Shown in pieces: positions 17,001 to 18,605 of a DNA stretch of 18,605 nucleotides. The stretch comes from Acidobacteriota bacterium. Its GTDB lineage: Bacteria; Acidobacteriota; Thermoanaerobaculia; Multivoradales; UBA5704. The DNA lies in NCBI GenBank assembly GCA_040005235.1, contig JBDTZG010000084.1:1-18605 (forward strand), read 5' to 3'. Every line of letters starts with the position of its first letter. The stretch's first letter is position 1. The notes beneath the pieces were generated by a model. The model saw only the letters and a program-made list of their open reading frames with translations, did not search any database and was not told the DNA's origin. The position numbers and the translations under genes are program-made.

Positions 17001-18605
17001 GACGATTTCGCGCTCGGCGTGCCGACGGCGGGGCGCACCCGATCGCGCTTCGCCGAGACGGTCGGCTATTTCGCGAATCCGGTCGCGGTGCGCGCCCGGA
17101 CCGCGGGTGATCCGAGCTTCCGCGAGCTGCTGGAACGGACCCGGGACGAGCTGCTCGGCGCGCTCGAACATGCCGACGATCCGTTCCCCCTGATCGCGGC
17201 CGAGCGGGTGCCGTCGCGCGACGCGGACCGCTCGCCGCTGTTCCAGGCGATGCTGGTCCACCACGCGGCGCGCGGCGCGGCCGATCCCGCCGGCGCGGCG
17301 CTCGCCGCGGTGGCGCTGGGCCAGGCGGGCGCGCAACTCGCGATCGGCGCTCTCTCGCTCATTTCGCTGGAGCTGCCGGAGCCGCGGGCGCAGTTCGATC
17401 TGACGCTCCGCTCGGCGGCGAACGCCGGGGCGGGCACGCTCGCCTTCGCGCTCGAAGCGAACGCCGAGCTGTTCGACCGCGCGACGGCGATGCGCCTGCT
17501 CGACCGGTTCGTTCGGCTGCTCTCCGCCGCCGCGGCGGCGCCCGAGACGGCGCTGTCCGCGCTGCCGCGGCTTTCGCCGGCCGAGCGGCACCAGCTGCGG
17601 GTGGAGTGGAACGACCGCGGGGCCGCCGATCTATCCGACCTCTGCCTGCATGAGCTGTTTCTCGCCCAGGCGGCGCGGACGCCGGAGGCCGAGGCGCTGG
17701 TGGCGACGACCTCGGAGGGAACCGGGCGGCTCTCCTATGGCGAGCTGCGGCAACGGGTTGCCCGGATGGCGGGCGCGCTCGTCGCGCGCGGCGCCGGGCC
17801 GGAGATCCGCGTCGCGGTCTGCCTTTCCCGCTCGGCCGATCTGGTGGCGGCGCTGCTCGCGGTGCTCGAAGCGGGTTCGGCCTACGTGCCGCTCGATCCG
17901 ACCTACCCGCGCGAGCGGCTGGCGCTAATGCTCGCCGACTCGAGAGCGCGGCTGCTGATCACCGAAGATAGCTGCCTCGCGGCGCTGCCGGAAGCGCTGC
18001 CGGAGACTCTGCGCGTCGATCGGCCGGCCGATCTGCCGATAGGGCCGCCGGTAGGACCGATGCGCGCGCCGAGGGTGCAACCGGACAATCTGGCCTATCT
18101 GATTTATACCTCCGGCTCGACCGGCAGACCGAAGGCGGTGGCGATCGCTCATCGGGCGGCCGTGGCGCTCGCGCTCTGGGCGCGGCGGGAGCTTTCGGAC
18201 GTCGAGCTGTCGGGGGTGGCTGCGGTCACCTCGGTCTGCTTCGACCTCTCGGTGTTCGAGCTGTTCGTGCCGCTCGCCTGGGGCGGCAAGACGATCCTGG
18301 CCGAAAACGCCCTGGCGCTGCCCGCTCACCCGGCGCGGGCGGAGATCTCGCTGATCAACACGGTCCCCTCGGCGATGGCCGAGCTGGCGCGCCTCGACGT
18401 GGCGTTTCCTTCGCTGCGGGCGGTGATCCTCGCGGGCGAGCCGCTGCCGGGCGAGCTGGTGGAGCGGATTTATCGGATGACCGAAGGGGCCTCCGGCCCG
18501 GCGCGCGCGTCGCCGGTTTTGACCGTGCGAAACCTTTACGGTCCGTCCGAAGACACCACCTATTCGACCGGCGCGATCATCCCGCGCGGCGAGGCGCGGC
18601 CGTGG
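14001..18605 (+). CDS. Lipopeptide-initiating NRPS: FAAL-ACP-C-A (3' truncated by the window edge)
   Basis: Frame is open to the window end, so it is missing from the track. FAAL: LQYTSGSTSLPKG, WLPLYHDMGLIG, SGGPNFAY, PCYGLAE, GRIKDLIILRGRNLYPQDLE, PKTSSGKVQR. ACP: YGLDSL (Ser 16014-16016). C domain: PLSYGQ, HHSSVDF, VGYFANP. A domain: YTSGSTGRPK, FDLSVFE, NLYGPSEDTTYST. Start TTG 14001 (GGAG 8 nt upstream) or ATG 13971. Confidence 0.93.
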   Translation, partial: MASRLTPDAVATPKAANVLRAYHLVDVLRERARRSGQAPAYTFLDDGEAEGGGLSWAQLDRAARAIAVHLAEVARPGDRALLLFPAGLDFIAAFFGCLYAGVVAVPSYPPRPNRGQQRLRAIVRDAAPAVVLAQKALLPRAAALVEDVPELAAARWLATDDLGGGEDLDQAAEAAQAADVWRDPGIRPDHLAFLQYTSGSTSLPKGVRVSHANLIANERMIQAAFRQSEESVVVGWLPLYHDMGLIGNVLQPLWSGGRCVLMSPVAFLQKPLRWLAAISRYRATTSGGPNFAYDLCARKIAPDDRAGLDLSSWRVAYNGAEPVRPATLDRFAAAFAGSGFSPAAFYPCYGLAEATLFVSGGVPGAGARATRFDAEELRHGRAVVRDEMGQQALVACGDSWLEQRLAIVDPESREELAEGRVGEIWIAGPNVGGGYWGRQEASAETFAATTAAGAGPYLRTGDLGFRQGGELFVAGRIKDLIILRGRNLYPQDLEETAERAHPGLRAGSGAAFSIPGGTEGDEAERLVLVYEVDRRAGPEVHEQIAVAVRAAIAEEHEAQVADLVLVKIGGVPKTSSGKVQRHASREGYLAGSLPVVARSAAAGETEVEATAGTPTGPAAAPEPSRAELAALPAGARRRALEKLLAAWAGRALGVPAGRIERAAPLSGYGLDSLAALELRSAVEERLGAALPLATLLEGATLGDLATLIGADLEGAAVVEAEAAPSEPESDRGTLPLSYGQEGLWVVERLAPQAGAYNLAAAFRVLELPADGPERLCAALRALVARHAALRLRLVVEDGAPRQFVAAAANEELATDLDFAVEDLGGRSVAEALADLSRTAYLPFDLERGARVRARLVRGAGSDLLLFAVHHSSVDFASFGTIARDLAALWTGGAHAALAPLAPETSYASWIRWQRELLAGPEGERLRAFWRERLGSGVADLDLPTDRPRPAAHSFVGTVARAPLPRETAARLEALARKGGATPQAALLAAFAAELARTAGQDDFALGVPTAGRTRSRFAETVGYFANPVAVRARTAGDPSFRELLERTRDELLGALEHADDPFPLIAAERVPSRDADRSPLFQAMLVHHAARGAADPAGAALAAVALGQAGAQLAIGALSLISLELPEPRAQFDLTLRSAANAGAGTLAFALEANAELFDRATAMRLLDRFVRLLSAAAAAPETALSALPRLSPAERHQLRVEWNDRGAADLSDLCLHELFLAQAARTPEAEALVATTSEGTGRLSYGELRQRVARMAGALVARGAGPEIRVAVCLSRSADLVAALLAVLEAGSAYVPLDPTYPRERLALMLADSRARLLITEDSCLAALPEALPETLRVDRPADLPIGPPVGPMRAPRVQPDNLAYLIYTSGSTGRPKAVAIAHRAAVALALWARRELSDVELSGVAAVTSVCFDLSVFELFVPLAWGGKTILAENALALPAHPARAEISLINTVPSAMAELARLDVAFPSLRAVILAGEPLPGELVERIYRMTEGASGPARASPVLTVRNLYGPSEDTTYSTGAIIPRGEARPW

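Noticed and set aside
15576-17591. 671-aa antisense ORF and many short ORFs over the NRPS
   Set aside because: Arg/Gly-rich shadow of the NRPS frame, which carries all the domain motifs.

Overview
GC-rich bacterial chromosomal window; the gene content suggests Acidobacteriota (Thermoanaerobaculia-like), which is an inference. Left part: Fe-S uracil-DNA glycosylase-family gene, TonB-C-terminal-domain protein, stand-alone egtD (-), a secreted Tyr/Gly/Asn- and Arg/His/Asp-repeat protein behind a candidate sigma54 promoter (two enhancer dyads, IHF-like site, -24/-12), and pcnB. Centre: sdhCAB with a TGTGA-N6-TCACA operator, translationally coupled to a membrane zinc-ribbon protein and a TPM-domain protein. 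Right part: a lower-GC two-gene cassette (ABC/AAA_21 ATPase + TOPRIM-like DUF4276 protein) with its own sigma70 promoter, a candidate anti-phage system; then an alpha/beta hydrolase, a REP-like palindrome, an FkpA/Mip PPIase, and the 5' part of a FAAL-ACP-C-A lipopeptide NRPS that runs off the window and is absent from the ORF track. Five genes look leaderless. All calls come from manual motif reading, without database searches.
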